Shown one piece after another: positions 24,547-38,626 of a stretch of DNA of 64,000 nt. This stretch comes from Chiloscyllium plagiosum. Its lineage: Eukaryota. The stretch is taken from positions 100,837,637 to 100,901,636 of the forward strand of contig NC_057718.1 in assembly GCF_004010195.1 (NCBI RefSeq), in the 5' to 3' direction. The notes under the pieces were generated by a model that saw only the letters and a program-made list of their open reading frames with translations, did no database searches and had not been told where the DNA came from. The position numbers and the translations under genes are program-made. Each line of letters starts with the position of its first letter. Position 1 is the stretch's first letter.

Positions 24547-26381
24547 AATTGACTCTTCTACTTAGTTATCCTGGAATAACCCAAGGACACAGGCTCCGCT
24601 ACTTTCTCACGAAAGAAAATAAAATCCGAAAGCTTTTGTAGTGAGCTTTCCAGAGAGTGGAATAAGAATGACTTCTATTTAAATACCATTGTAGTCACGT
24701 ACCTTAGTGATCTGAAGGTGCAGTAATTGCATTAGATTGAAAAATAGGGAAGGTGAATGTGCAGGGAAGCATTCTCTAACATAAATACCTATAACAATCA
24801 GCACACTGACATCTGTCGGACTTCACCCATGTACACAGTATTTTCTCAGTTGGGAAGTAATGTTTTTTGCTTCTTTGAATTCACAACAGCGCTCCATCCA
24901 TTTCAAACAACTTTTATGTTATTTGTCACTGCGGTTCCATGAGAGAGTTCCATGCAAATTAAGGAAAATGTCAGCATCCTGAATTCTGAAGAGTAATGCA
25001 GTGTGTGCTGTAGTCTAAATACACAAGCATTTGACTTCCCCTGCAATTTAGTCTCATGCCAACCTGCTTGTTCGTCAGTCTGTTGACTTGCGATATTTGA
25101 CATGCATTGCCAACGTTTAACATTCTGAGAACTTGCTATCCCTGGCCATTTATGTCCATGGCGGTGTACCAATCTTCCACTTAGCAATTTAGCCAGCTTA
25201 ATTTCGTAACATGTGCCTTTCTTCCTCGGCGCCAGTCTTCTTGTTGGCTGTGGCAATGGGATGTGTCAGGTTCTATTCAATTCTGTTCTCCATTATCTTT
25301 GGATCTTGATTCAGATCAGTATCAAGGCTGTTGGACAGAGCACATTATGGTAATAAGATGTCCCTGAGGAGAAGGAACCTATGTGTCCTGTCTCATTGTA
25401 TAGACATCCGTGGTTGTTAGCTTGTTCTGAATTGATAGTGACAGCAGCCATGGCGAAATCTTTTGCCTGGACTCTAGGAAGGATGAGCTGTCAGGAGGAA
25501 GAAGATGATATTTGTAGTGATGCTTTGTCATAATGTTCAGCTTATGTCAAATTCAGTACTTTGACCACACTTTCAAGGGTAAAACATCCAAGCATTTTAT
25601 AAAATGGGAGAACATTTCTAGTTATCACTAGCAATCTCCATCATTATCACTGCGTGGCAGAACTTCAGTGTTAAATGTGAGAACCCTGATTTCTAAATTG
25701 TTTCCCTTTGTTCTAGACACTCCCTCATGGGCCACGACCCTCTCAGCATTGACCCGGCCAAGCCCCCTCAGGAGCTGATGTTTCAATCGGATCATTTTTC
25801 TAAATGCCAGTGGCTATAAACTCAATCTGCTGAACCTTTCCCCATAAGATAACTCCTTCATCGCTGGAATTAGTCAAGCAAACTACTTCTGAACTGCTTT
25901 TCATGTAGTTTATCCTTTCTCAGATGGCAATCTTGAGTACCGTGTGCAGGTGATGCAGATTCTATACATAGAAACATACTATAGAGCAGCTCAAAAGTAA
26001 TAAACATCTCATGCTTCACAATAGCGTCATAAAGTAGAATCTGAGGCGGATTCACATAATTATTTCAGCTTATGTTAGAGCAAAATCTTCGTCAGGAAGT
26101 TGGTTTTAAGAAGCCTTTTAAAGAAGGAAAGTAAGGTCGAGGTAATGAATTTTGTGATCGTGTCCTCAGACTTTTCCTGTTTTATACAATGAGATTAGTA
26201 TGTTTTAGCAAGAAAATTATTTTAATATGGGCACAGGGAGACACAAACAGCAATGAAATAAATTGTCAGATAATCAATTTTTTGCAAGGTCTTACTGGAT
26301 CATGAGAGAGACAGAGAGAGAGACAGATAAAATTGTTGGTGGTTTAACCTCAGGGCCACCACACCTTTGATGCGGGGTGAA

Positions 26382-26962
26382 TCATAGGGATGTACAGCAT
26401 GGAAACAAATCTATCGGTCCAAGATGACTTGGCATCTGAATCTGACCTAATCCCATTTTGCCAGCATTTGGCCCATATCCCTCTGAACTCTTCCTATTCA
26501 TAAACCTGTCCAGGTGCTTTTTAAATGTTGTAATTGTACCATCCTCCACCACTTCCTCTGGCAGCTTATTCCATACAAGCACCACCCTCTGCATGAGAAA
26601 GTTGCCCCTTAGGTCCCTTTTAAATCTTTCCCCTCTCACCCTAAACCTATGCCCTCTAGTTTTGGATTCCCAAGGAAAAAGACCTTGACTGTTCACCCTA
26701 TCCACGTCCCTCATGATTTTATAAACCTTTACAAAGTCACCCCTCAGCCTCCGATGCTCCAGGGAAAATAGTCGCAGTCTATCCAGCCTCTCCTCATATC
26801 TGACATCCTCCAACCTCAGCAACATCCCTGCAAATCTTTACTGCACCCTGTCAAGTTAGCAACATCCTTTCAATAGAAGGATGACTGGAATTGTATGCAG
26901 CATTCCAAAAGTGGCCTCACCAACATCCTGTACAACCACAACGTGACATCCCAACTCCTATT
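26382..26962 (-). mobile_element. CR1 LINE 3' fragment inserted in a minus-strand SINE-3
   Basis: ORF YEERLDRLRLFSLEHRRLRGDFVKVYKIM...WNKLPEEVV; SINE-3 halves at 26305-26380 and 26963-27060. Confidence 0.9.
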
Positions 26963-28027
26963 CTAGAGGAGAGTCGCCCATGGTAACCTCAGCGGGTGTG
27001 GGAATTTGAACTTACACTGTTGGTGTCACTCTGAACCCAGCCATCAAGCCAATGCGCCAACCAATCCCACACATAAAACAGACTGGACTGTCACATGCAA
27101 ACTGAGGACATTTTTATTCCTGCCAATAATGAAACAGCAGCCGATCAAAACCTGCACTCTCCGCACCTTCCCAACTAACCGCAACACAGTTTCGGCTCCT
27201 CAGAACTTTCCAAAAAGAATGGCTTTTGGAAATTGAGTCACATTTGGCAAGGCAAACAGGACTGCAGCCAGGAATCATCCTGCCTCCATCCAGATAAATA
27301 AATAGCGCGTTAAATAAGATGCAGTTGTAAAGCAGCCAGCTTTTCCTCAAAGCGTGTTATTCGGAAAGGCAGTTATCAGGTAAATGCTAGTTAAATGGCT
27401 GATTTAATCGGATGTTGTAGGTAAAAATTGTTTTGGGACTTTGTACCTTTTAATTTGGTGACAGCTGGTGTACAAGTACTGAGGGAGCATTTCATTGTCA
27501 CTGTGAAGTAAACAGTTTTAGGCCTAATTTTTTTTATGTTTGGGCTGCACAATTACAGAATAAAAGTTCTCTCTTGTGTTAGATAAAATGCCACAGTTAC
27601 ACAGTCCAGTGATTTGTACACTGAAAAAAAATTGTTTGTTATCTCCTTGGGTATAACTTTCAATTGAACCGTGTATGGCTAGCTCACTTCCCTACTTAAC
27701 TGCTGGCTAAACAATGATATGAAGATAGCTGGCATTAGACAAGGACAATTTCCTATTATCTGTTTAGCTGGTAAGTACCGAACATCGATTGTGAAAGAGC
27801 TTGAACTTTGGGCGAGGATGTAAAATGACGAGAGGCCAATTAACTGTTCATGACATGCCTTATTTTTGTTGCTTCATTAAGTCTGATAAGCTGAAAGAAT
27901 CAGCTTGAAGGGAAATAAGCTTGCAGGGCTAAAGTGGAGGATGGGATTGACTAGATTGCATTGTAGAGGGTCAGCATGGACTCAGTGGGCTGAATGGAAT
28001 CTTTCTGTGCCTCTTTCTGTAATGATA

Positions 28028-28365
28028 CAGAGTGGTGCGTGTGTGGAATGAGCTGCCAGAGGAGGTGGAGGCGACTGGTACAATTGCAACAGTTAAAAAG
28101 CATCTGGATGAGTACATGAATAGAAAGGGTTTAGAGGGATATGGGCCAAATGTTAGCAAATTGGACTAGGTTAATTTAGGTTCGAGATTAGAGTGGTGCT
28201 GGAAAAACACAGCAGGTCAGGCAACATCTGAGGAGCAGGAAAATCGACGTTTCGGGCAAAAGCCCTTCATCAGGAATAGAGAGATTTAATAATTTAGGAT
28301 ACCTGGTTGTCATAGACAAGTTGGACAGAAGGGTCTGTTTCCATGCTATATATCTCTATGACTTT
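28028..28365 (+). mobile_element. CR1 3' end with nested PLE family-1 arm (28181-28289)
   Basis: CR1 tail split; TSD taatttagg (28172, 28290); intact minus-strand ctgatgaagggcttttgcccgaaacgtc. Confidence 0.85.
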
Positions 28366-28529
28366 AGGTCATTCACTTATGTTGCATGTATCACATAGAA
28401 AAATTACCTGGTGGACACCTAATTCCATGCCATACTTAATGTGCATGTAGATGATGTCGTGGGAAGTATTTTGAAGGATGCACAATGTTACTGGGTTTGT
28501 TTTGTTGGGACCAGAGAAAGTGAAGGGGA

Positions 28530-28780
28530 AACGAGCTGAGAATGCTGAGCAGGTCTGGCACCATCTGTGGGGAGAAACAGAGTTAATGTTTCCAATCCAC
28601 TGACTCCTCTTCAAAGCTGGAAGGGAGAGATACCATTCTAGTCGCTGACCTGTGTTCTGAAGAAGTCACACTGGACTCGAAGTGGTAACTCTGTTTCTCT
28701 CTCCACAGATGCTGCAAAACCTGCTGAGTTTCTCCAGTGTTCTCCTGGTTCAGATTTCCAGTGTTTACAGTATTTGCCTC
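28530..28780. mobile_element. PLE family-3 inverted element
   Basis: gcaggtctggcaccatctgtggggagaaacagagtta ... taactctgtttctctctccacagatgctgcaaaacctgctg; central gttctgaagaag. Confidence 0.7.
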
Positions 28781-29544
28781 CCTTTGAAGGTTAAGGGGAG
28801 ATTCGATGGAGATCCTCAAGCGTGCATTGGGTTTTGATAGAGTCGATGGAGTAGGCACTTTTCTGGGTTGGGGTCAGCAGACAGCACAGGGTTCAGGTCG
28901 CTTGCTTCTCGGCACGCTGCTCAGAATGTCTGGAAATCATGAAGCCAGAGATGACCCACCCCGTTTCCTGTATCTGGTGGTTATGAGCTGCCCTAATCCT
29001 CTCCCACTCTTCGCTAACTATCTGGCCTTGATGTCTTCCTGCTCATCTCCAGCCACGTCCCTCCTCATTTCTCTGTCATCCAACACCACCACTCACTGGA
29101 TCTCATTCCCAACTTAGTATTACTCCACGAGCCCCTGCCTTGTCTTTCTTCCAGACGTAGAATTATTAAATTATCCGTGGCAGGTGAAGGCCAGATTGCC
29201 CATTATGCACTTTCTGGCTCTTTGGTAAACGGGTCCTACTAATTCCCTTGCCCTTTTCACATGACTCCATCAATGTTTCTTTACAAATATTTATCCAGGC
29301 TTGAGTTGTTCCTTACATTGGATGGAAACTTGATTGTATTCCAAACTTTCCCTCCCACCAATAGTATGGGCCCATAAATGTGAGGTCAGCTCTGATTATA
29401 TTTGTCTCTATATATTTATGTGCATCATTGATTTCCAGCAGTATCTTTCCACAGTGTAACTTGTTTCTATCTGAATACAGGCAGACCATCTATCTGACAA
29501 CATGAGTTAGAGAACTTGACTGTTGATGGTCAGTATAGCCTGCG

Positions 29545-30035
29545 AGACAAGTCACGATTGTGATGGAATTCTCCCCACCTGCCCTGGATGGGTGCAGCTC
29601 CAACAACACTCAAGAAACTTGACACCATCCAGGATAAAGCTGCCCACTTGATTGGCACTACAGCCACAAGCATCCACTTAGTAGCAGCAGTGTGTACCAT
29701 CTAAAAGGTGCACTGCAGTAATTCCCCCAGGCTCCTTAGACAGCACCTTCCAAACCCATGACCATTTCTGTCTAGAAGAACAGAGCAGCAGGTAGATGGG
29801 AACACCATCCCCTGCAAGTTCCCCTCCAAGCAACTCCGCATCCTGACTTGGAAATATATCGCCATTCCTTCAGTGTCACTGGGTCAAAATCCTGGAACTC
29901 TCTTCCTTGATTGTATTGGTCATAGAATGTAGCAGTTCAAGGAAGCCGATCACCACCGTCTTGTGAAGGGCGATCAGGGATGTGCAATAAACAGTGACAC
30001 CCACGTCCTATGAATGAATGAATGAATAAATAAAA
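29545..30035 (+). mobile_element. CR1/L2-group LINE ORF2 C-terminus and 3' UTR ending in (gaat)n
   Basis: WMGAAPTTLKKLDTIQDKAAHLIG...HCSNSPRLLRQHLPNP...SFSVTGSKSWNSL with stops and frameshifts. Confidence 0.8.
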
Positions 30036-31464
30036 AGAACTAGGTGAAGCTACTTTGTGAGGTGCAGTACTGAGTGTACTTTCCCTCTTACTTCAGAATT
30101 ACAGTGTGTCTGAACTGCTTCAGCTGAACTGGCAACTTAACACATTCAGACCTACTGCTGCATGATGTTCAATCCCACGTGTTTCTCTTTTGTGATTGTA
30201 CTCCCACTGAAAGCAATGCAGCACGCAAGTGCAGTCGGCCTCCTGATTGCAATGAACATTGGGTTATGTGTTTCCGAAGGAGTGATTCAATGTGTTGGCT
30301 GTTGAGAAGCGATGCACTGTGTAACTTAATGAGCCATGTGCGTTTTTTTTTAATGGTACCTGTCTGATGAGATTGATAGACTATTGGAAATACTTTGCTG
30401 TGAGGAACATTGTCTCTAGACTTCAGAAAACTCTCATCTCCCAATCTGCCCCAAAGATAGAAAACAAATTGCTGTTTTGTACTTAGCTGCAGCAGTACTG
30501 TGCAAGATTCCCTGCTGAGAGGAGATACGTCGCACTAATGTAAGCTGGTAGAACTTTTCTTGAGTTCCATTGACCTGCTTTCTCTCCCTCACAGCCTTGC
30601 AATTTCCTTTCCTTCAAGTACTTAACCAGTTCCCTTTTGAAAGCTACCAGTGAATCTGCAACCACCAGCCCTTCATTAAACTATCACCTCAATTTTATTT
30701 GAGCATTATCTCCTCCTGACTGTCTCCTAAAGTCTGCTTTAAAATATTGACTGAAATGGCCTCTGATGTGGTGTTGGATAATCCAGTTGTGTGAATGATC
30801 AGACCATCCATGTGTGTGACCAAGGAGTGCTCTGCATTAGGGTCTTTTGCCTGTTTGGAAAGGAGAGCTCGAGAATTGTAATGCAGTCTGCCGTCCCACA
30901 GCCTGGCCAATTCGAAGCTAAACAATCAGAGGAGAATGAATTTGAAGATTTCAACATCTCACTATCTCAGTCAAGGGAAAATGTTGTGACACTTCAGATG
31001 TTCTACTCACTTGGCAAATCTCTCGTGTCAAGAATAATTGATTATTTTTTATGGATGGGTTGGAGTGTGATGTCAGTGTTGGCTCTGGGTTCATAGATGG
31101 CTCAGTAATGATCCCTATTTTAGCCTCAGCTCTCCCACTGGGAGCATATCAGTTGTTGGGCAATGGAGGTGGTGACAAGTAGCTGCCCTCTTGCTCCATC
31201 TCTCTCACTGTTCTCACCCAGCGGCTACTGTCGGAAGTTCTTGACGCTGTTTTTGATTGTGAAAGGTTATTTTGGCCACACTTGGAGCAGATCTTAATGG
31301 AGGCAGTCTTTGAAATGTTTTGTTTGTACCCAGGCTCAAAGGGGACCCTGGTGTAATCCTGAGCATCTGTTTGTGGGCTCTTGAGCCAGACATCTGACCA
31401 CAAATCCCTTCTATCTCAACCGATGGGAGACTATCATAGCCTCTGTACTCAGCATATCATCAAA

Positions 31465-31715
31465 TCATAGAAACCCAGCAGTGCAGAAAGGGGCTAGTCA
31501 GCCCATTGAGTCTGCACTGACCCACCCAATCCCCATATCCCCACATTTCCCATGGCCAATCCACCCTAACCTGCACATCTTTTGGACTGTGGAAGGAAAC
31601 CAGAGCACCCGGAGAAAACACATGCAGCAACGGGGATAATGTGCAAACTCCACACAGTCACTCAAGCTGGAAATCAATCCCAGGCTCCTGGCGCTAAGAG
31701 GCAGCAGTGCTGACC
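31465..31715 (-). mobile_element. HE1-like SINE
   Basis: V-domain and head reverse complement. Confidence 0.8.
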
Positions 31716-32199
31716 TACTTATTCCAATTCCTTTTAAATCCACGACCTCTGCCATCTAGAAGGACAAGAGCATATCCACGGCTTGAGGATGACCATGTTT
31801 GTTTATGTCCTGCCACCCATTTTGCAAGATCCTTCTAAGACAATGTTGCTGATGTTGTTGTTGTTCCAAGATTAATCATCTAAACTGCAGGACCAAAGAT
31901 AAGTGTGAAGGGAGTCACTGCTTGGTAGACTTCTAGTTTGGTGTCAGGTCTGTTGGGCCGTGTTGCAAAAGAGAAGGTGGGATTGCTATGGTCGTGAGCA
32001 GGCCTCCTGTGTGTGATTATGCACCATCCCAGTTTACACCATGTTCTCGACTTGGCAGATTTGTAGAGGAGTTGCCCTTTCTTATTGCCATGACATACAC
32101 TCTCTGAGGGGGTATTTTCGAATCAACTTGTTCAGAGGCTTTCTTACATACCTCTGGAGCAGTTAGCCCTGTAGTATTAGCTTAGCAACAGTCTACCTA

Positions 32200-32570
32200 C
32201 CTCTGAGGAGACTCTGAGGGGATTTCATCAGATAGGGGTTGAAAGGACGCTTCCTGTTGTGGGAGAGTCTAGGACTCATAGTTCAAATATATCAGTGAGG
32301 ACGCCCATTTCGAACAGAGATGAAAAAATATTTTATCTCTCTGAGGGTTGTGGATCTTTGGAATTCTCTTCCTCAAAAGGCACTGTACGTAGAATCTTTA
32401 AATATTTTTAAGGCAGCGGTGGATAGATTCTTGGTGACCAAGGGAAAGTAAGATTATTGGGGGAAATAGAGTTGAGGTTAAAATCAGGTCAGCCACGATC
32501 TTATTGAATGGGGGAGCAGCCTTGAAGGGCCAAGTGGCCTACTGTTACCCCATATTCCCATGTTTGAATG
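32200..32570 (+). mobile_element. Older CR1 3' fragment
   Basis: FISLRVVDLWNSLPQKA...FKAAVDRFL; related fragment at 32670-32870. Confidence 0.7.
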
Positions 32571-33715
32571 CTCAAAGGGGCACGTTAATTGTATCTTATA
32601 TTTAAAGGTTTGAAACAAAATGGATAATAAGAGTCAGGTTGAAGCATGGCCGAATCTTGTCCACATAACACAGGGTTTCACACAGAGGGTGCATCTCCTT
32701 CCTCAAAAGGTGGGAGAAGCAGACACGTTAATATTTTTAAGGCAGAGGTAGGTAGTTTCTGATAAACAAGAAGGGCAAAGGTTATCGAGGCAGACAGAAC
32801 CTTGAAGTAAACAGATCAGCCACGATCTTATCGAAAGGGGGCGCAGGTTCGAGGGCTGAATGGCCTGATTCATAAAAGCCTTAAAAATGTACTTTGGATC
32901 GGCACATGTGAACTGATTGATCAGCTGCCTCATTACAGGTGAATTTCAGATTTGAACAAATCTCTCAAGAGACTGTAGACTTGGATCCTGAATTGTGTAT
33001 TCCGCCTTGGAATGAGGTTCCGAGGCCAGGTGTGATACTAGAACTGGAACCCAAGCAAACTGCATTGTGTTGTCCAAGGATTTACAATTGTTCTGCTGGA
33101 TATTGAATGGAAAGCTCTGCTGCTGTGGGCTGCCTTTGCTTTGCCTCATCAGTGGCTTATCCCATAATCACCACTCGAGATGCCCAACGGCAAAATTGTA
33201 ATAGACCAATCATTGTGATTGCGAGCTTGCATGTAATTAGTTGCTTTAGTGTTGGTGCTGATGCTGTGCAATGCACCTGGAATGTAAATAAGGCAAATTT
33301 TTCACAGTATCCATTCCATATGCACAATTTAGAACTGCTTCAGATCTGAATTGTGAACTTGTTATTGGCATCACCCTGACACAGCACAGATGGATTTGCA
33401 ACAGAGACCAGGCAGAGGACAGTTCCAGTATTAAGCAAGCATTGTCTTCTTGTATCTGGTGATTTATTTCCTCCTCTGAGATCTCCTTCCCTTTTTTAAC
33501 TCTCTCAACCCTTTGTTCCTAACGGTCTGCCTTAGTCATTCTCAGAAGCATGATGCCAAGTTTAAAACATTTAGTGGAGGGGAGAAGTTGCCAAATGCAA
33601 AAATGTTCCTTTTTTGACTCTTCATGTAATGCATTTAACCTGAGAACGCAGTGTTTTTAACAGTGGTAACTGGTAGAAGTGTCTACATCCCAACGTCTGC
33701 CATTTGCTGCACCAC

Positions 33716-34330
33716 TGATTTGCTTTGATTTGATTTGATTTGATTTATTTTTGTTACATGTACCTAAGGGCAGTGAACAGTTTTGTTTTGCGAGCAGTAC
33801 AGGCAGATCATAGTAAACAAGGGCGTATAGAGAGAGATAGGCCTACAAGGTTACAGCTGCAAAGGAGGGGCACATAGCATGATCAACGTTATTGGAAATT
33901 AGAGAGGTCCATTCAGCCATCTAATAACAATGGGGAAGAAGGTGTAATTGAACTTGCTGGTACGGTGTGTTTCCATATCTTCTGCCTGATGGAAAAGGTT
34001 GGAAGCTAGCGTTACTGGGGTGAGTGGGGTCTTTGATGATGTTCGAGGAGAAAGTGAGGACTGCAGATGCTGGAGATCAGAGCTGAAAATGTGTTGCTGG
34101 GAAAGCGCAGCAGGTCAGGCAGCATCCAGGGAACAGGAGAATCGACGTTTCGGGCATAAGAAGGACTGAAGAAGGGCTTATGCCCGAAACGTCGATTCTC
34201 CTGTTCCTTGGATGCTGCCTGACCTGCTGCGCTTTTCCAGCAACATATTTTCATCTTTGATGATATTAGCAGCCATTCTACGGCAACTCACTGTTGTGTA
34301 AGGATCCTGGAGCAACCTTACAATATTGGC
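33716..34330 (-). mobile_element. Rex1/Babar-like LINE 3' end with nested PLE family-1 hairpin (34044-34253)
   Basis: (tttga)n tail; opposite-strand relative of 44808-45357; PLE TSD tctttgatgatgtt / tctttgatgatatt. Confidence 0.75.
34166..34197 (+). ncRNA. Minimal hammerhead ribozyme core (family 1)
   Basis: CTGAAGA A GGGC ttat GCCC GAAAC GTC; stem I partner lost at the inversion junction. Confidence 0.6.
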
Positions 34331-37300
34331 TGGGAACTGCTTCCCACAGGGTATAAATAGCACAGTGTGGGTGGAGTTAGATAGGTGGAAAGTAGATAGA
34401 TGAATGATGGAAGGTCTTTAGCATTAAACAGGACACAAAAAAAAACTAACCAGCTGGAGAAATGGGCCAAAGCCAGCTAAGTTTGCAGGGGAACCTTCTC
34501 ATTATTTTGTCCATAAGGTAAAGAGGAACCATTCTGTGCTCTTTACTTCTGACTATGCTGATGTCTACACTTTTCCCTCTGCAACCAAAAATAACAAGGG
34601 AGTTCTTCCACAGCAGGATTCTTATTTTATTTCCACTCACCCTCTCCTCCCCCAGTAAACAATTTTGCGACCACTTTCAGCTCGGAAGAAAAGTCCGATT
34701 GAACTCAATATGTTGACCCTGTTTTCTCCCCACAGATGCTGCCAGACCTGCTGAGTTTCCCCAGCAATTTCTGTGTTTTTTTTATATGGGGAAATGAGTA
34801 TTTAGGACTGTATCTTGTGACATATGGAAAGGAAGACGTCGTGTTGGATACTGAGGAGACCAGAGAGGAGCATGAGCAGAGGGAGGTATGAGCCAGAGGG
34901 GGAACAGGCAGTTCACTTTGATAACCAAGACTCCATTTATTTAATTAATGAAATTGCACTACTGTGCACTGCCAGAGGCAAAATTCAATTTGTTCCGCTC
35001 CCATTTGTTTAGTTAATTAATTGTCAGCTGCCTTATTCTCCTCAAAGTCTGATTTCATGTACAGAATTTCCATTTATTTGACCTGTCCACTTGGAAACCT
35101 CATTGCTTTTTATTTGGTTTACGTTATTTATTTACTTCCTGTTTGGCCCAAGGCCAGAGTTATCCCAATTCCATTTAAGTATTTGTTTAGCTGGCCTCCT
35201 GCCCAGAAATATGATTCAAATTCAGAAATGCATTCTGTAGCTCCTTTAACGTAGGGAATGTCTTTAGGTACATTGTGGAACCTTGCTGAAACGTGAGATA
35301 CATTACCAATGCTTATGCTCATCAGGACAAACACAAGAATGCCAATTTTTTTTGAATAATTGCAACAGTTGTTGTGATGGTTTGAAATTTGGCATTCTTG
35401 CATTTTGTCCTGATGAATGCAAGATACCAAGTGACTATTTTGTGTGGCACGCAAAATGTCTGCAAACACACAAAAGGGTGATGAAGAGAGCTGACCAATG
35501 GCTGTTGGAGACTGGTGAAAAAGTTTGGTCAGGCAATTCCAAAGTGTTGGAACGTTACTGGACTGTATGGACAAAGGACTAAACGAGTTAGGAAAGAATT
35601 CATCTTGAGAGCAAGATATATAAACGGACATGGGCTGCAGAATTGGATGGCTTTGTAATGTAACATCTTGGATAATGTGTGATGTTGGAAAACTGGGAGT
35701 ATAAGAAGTGTATCTTCCTTAGGGCAAGGATAATGGGTACATAAGGTTACATGCAGCAAAATTATTGGACAGGTTGTAATATCCAGGTGACCACATTGTA
35801 TTGAGTTGGATGATCAGTCCTGATCATATTAAATGATGGTGCAGGCGCAAAGGGCCGAATGGCCTACTCTTGCTCCTCTTTTCTATGTTTCTATGTATCC
35901 TCTCCAATAGAGGGAGGGTGGATATCTTTACTTGGGATCAATGCAACCTTGACATCTCTGTTTCATTCCACAGCCAGAGGTGATGGGTTGACTCACATTT
36001 AGTTGATTTCTTAACTAATTTCTCCACCTCAGCTCAAACGTAAGGTAAGGGTTGTCTTTCTCTGCGATATCTAAATGCATTTTTGAACTGAGGATTTATC
36101 AGGAAGTGCAGTGCTGAATGGTCCTCCCCAGTTGTGCAGAAATGCCTGAAATTCTCTTGGCTTCTCGACCAGAATCCAGCACAAGTACTGAAAGATTTGA
36201 CACATGGAGTCACATCTCCCAATGCCACAGCAAAGTGCTTTGGAACACCAGCTGTGCTGCTCATTTTGTTTCAATCTTGGTCAATAATTGAGAGTTTTAT
36301 CATTGTAACTATGGAAATTTGGATGCAAGCCACCTCATAGCTTTCACAATTTATGCTGAAACTGTTGTGGCTCAACAATTGAGTGACTCCAAGTCAATCA
36401 ATAATCAAGGACATACTCCCTATCTCAGAGAAGTACTTCCGTTATGTTATTCATATCCAAAAATATGAATGACAACGTCCGCATTTTCCCCCCAGTGGTA
36501 AACACTAAACACATCAGGTTCTCAATATCCACATTCAGTTGACCTTAGCAATTCCAATGCAATGCTCTCAATCATCAACTCTTTGTTAAAGTACTTTAAT
36601 AACTTTTCCGCTTGGTCCTAGTTTTGTCTCTTGGTTATCAGGGTGAAAGATTTTAGGTGACGTGTAAGTTACATGTGTTGACGCTGAGTGATGTGGAATC
36701 TCTCAACTTGAATTATACTTCATGTCACTTTTGTGCTACAGGCATGCAGTGTTCTGCACCCAGACATCTGAATGCTAGTCGGATTTTAGCACAACTAATC
36801 TAAAAGACATCCCCGCCAGCATTAAAAATTAATTGCTTATCAGGCTGCCTGCAGGGAGTGGTGGCACTAATTGCTTAGCTTCACTAAGACCTGCTCATGA
36901 GATAGCTCCAACAGCACAAACACAATGGACTGAATGGCCTGTCTCCCGGCTGTGATTCTATAACTGATGCCAGGTGGTGATGCCAGCTGTCATCACAGAA
37001 CACTTGATGTTATCAATGGCAGTTTTGGGGCTGCAATAAAACCGACACTAATTCCCAATCCACCAGAGGCTGGAGAAAAATGTAGCCAAATCGTCGTTTC
37101 TGCTTTAATCCTGAACATTAACAACCCCAGAGTACCTTTGCTGACCTCCACATAATCAATCTTCTGACTGGGAGCCAAGAACATGACCCAATAAGCCTCA
37201 GTTGACACGAGTGGTGAGTAAGGATGGCACATGCTGCATGTAGTAGTCAACCTTACAAAGTAACGTTGCTGAGAAATGTTAGCACATTGGTGGTGTGCAA

Positions 37301-37449
37301 ATGTTTCATGTCAGCCTATCCATGTTGCTATCTGTGGAGTTGATTTCTATGCTGTAAACTTTCTGTGACTTTATTATTACGTTGCTGCGTGCAGTTGGCA
37401 GTGGGCTGAATGGCATCCTTCAGTCACAGCATCGTAGAATTACCCAGCA

Positions 37450-37825
37450 CCAATCTTCTGCTTTTTCCCCATCTCCCTGCATACCATTTCTATCCAAATA
37501 ACCATCCCAGTGTCCCTCTTGAATGCCTCATTTGAATCTGCCTCCACCGCATTTCTAAACAGCCCATTGCACACCTTAACCACTCGCTGTGTGAAACAGT
37601 ATTTCTCTCATCACCCTTTCTTTGTTTGCATGTACTTTAAATCTATGTCCCCACATTCTTTTTATCTTTTTTGTATGGGAACACCTGCTAATCCACCCTA
37701 TCCAGCCCTTTGTGATTTTGAGACCCTCTATTGAATCTCCTCTTGCCCTTCTTTTCTGTAAGGAAACCAGCCCCACCTCCTTCAGTCTATCCTCATCATT
37801 GAAGTTCCTCATCTCTGGAACCATT
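37450..37825 (-). mobile_element. CR1 3' fragment (older subfamily)
   Basis: ORF 37576-37824: DEDRLKEVGLVSLQKRRARGDSIEGLKI. Confidence 0.75.
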
Positions 37826-38626
37826 TTTATAATTGAGTGTTATTTGGTAACACATGCTACCATGATGAGTTACTGAGCTTTGTTTGGAAGCAGAAGAACA
37901 TGGGAAGAAATGGGAGAACATCCTAATGTTAGACCCCACTTCGTGCAACATTACAACCTGCTGATTTCTTTAAAATAATGTCTGCCTTTGCTGAACTTGA
38001 ACCATCGATAGGTACGTTCCGGTTAAAGCTGTTTTGATGACCCACATCACCGATATCAATCCCTCCCCACAACTCTACCACTATCTCACTTTCGTTTTGA
38101 TGAAGATATACTGAAGCTTCTTTTCCACTATGTTCTCAACTTGGAATTTTGGATGTCGGTCAACCATTGACCCGCTGTTGACCCTCTTGTTGCTTCACTT
38201 TTCGCTTCCCCCCAACACCTCACTCTGGCTATCCCTCATGTTGAGTTACTCTTTGCCCCAGCACCTTAACAAAGCAGCAAGGAGGGCGAATGGAGGGAGA
38301 GGGGGAGTAGGAATCGAGGGGTTGGCAAGTGAGGTGGTGGTGGGGGCTGGTCAGCAAGTGAGGGGGTGGGGTGGGGGTGCTGGAGGTGGCGGGAAACTGG
38401 AGACAGCAGAAGTAAGCATGCAACAGTGACATTGGCACTGCTAACGGCCTGTCCAATGGCAAGAGATTCGCCATGAAACAGACTCCCGATAGCAAAGGAA
38501 AGCCACAAACGGCCTTTACAATATTCCTGCAGTCAGTCATGGGTTGGTTAAGCCTTGTTGGCTGGACAGTTGGTTTGCGTTGCAAAATGATGCCAAAGCA
38601 CGGATTCAATTCCCACTGCAGCTGAG

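Noticed and set aside
35128..35631. 167-aa minus-strand ORF
   Set aside because: No recognisable motif or convincing splice context; overlaps decayed repeat sequence
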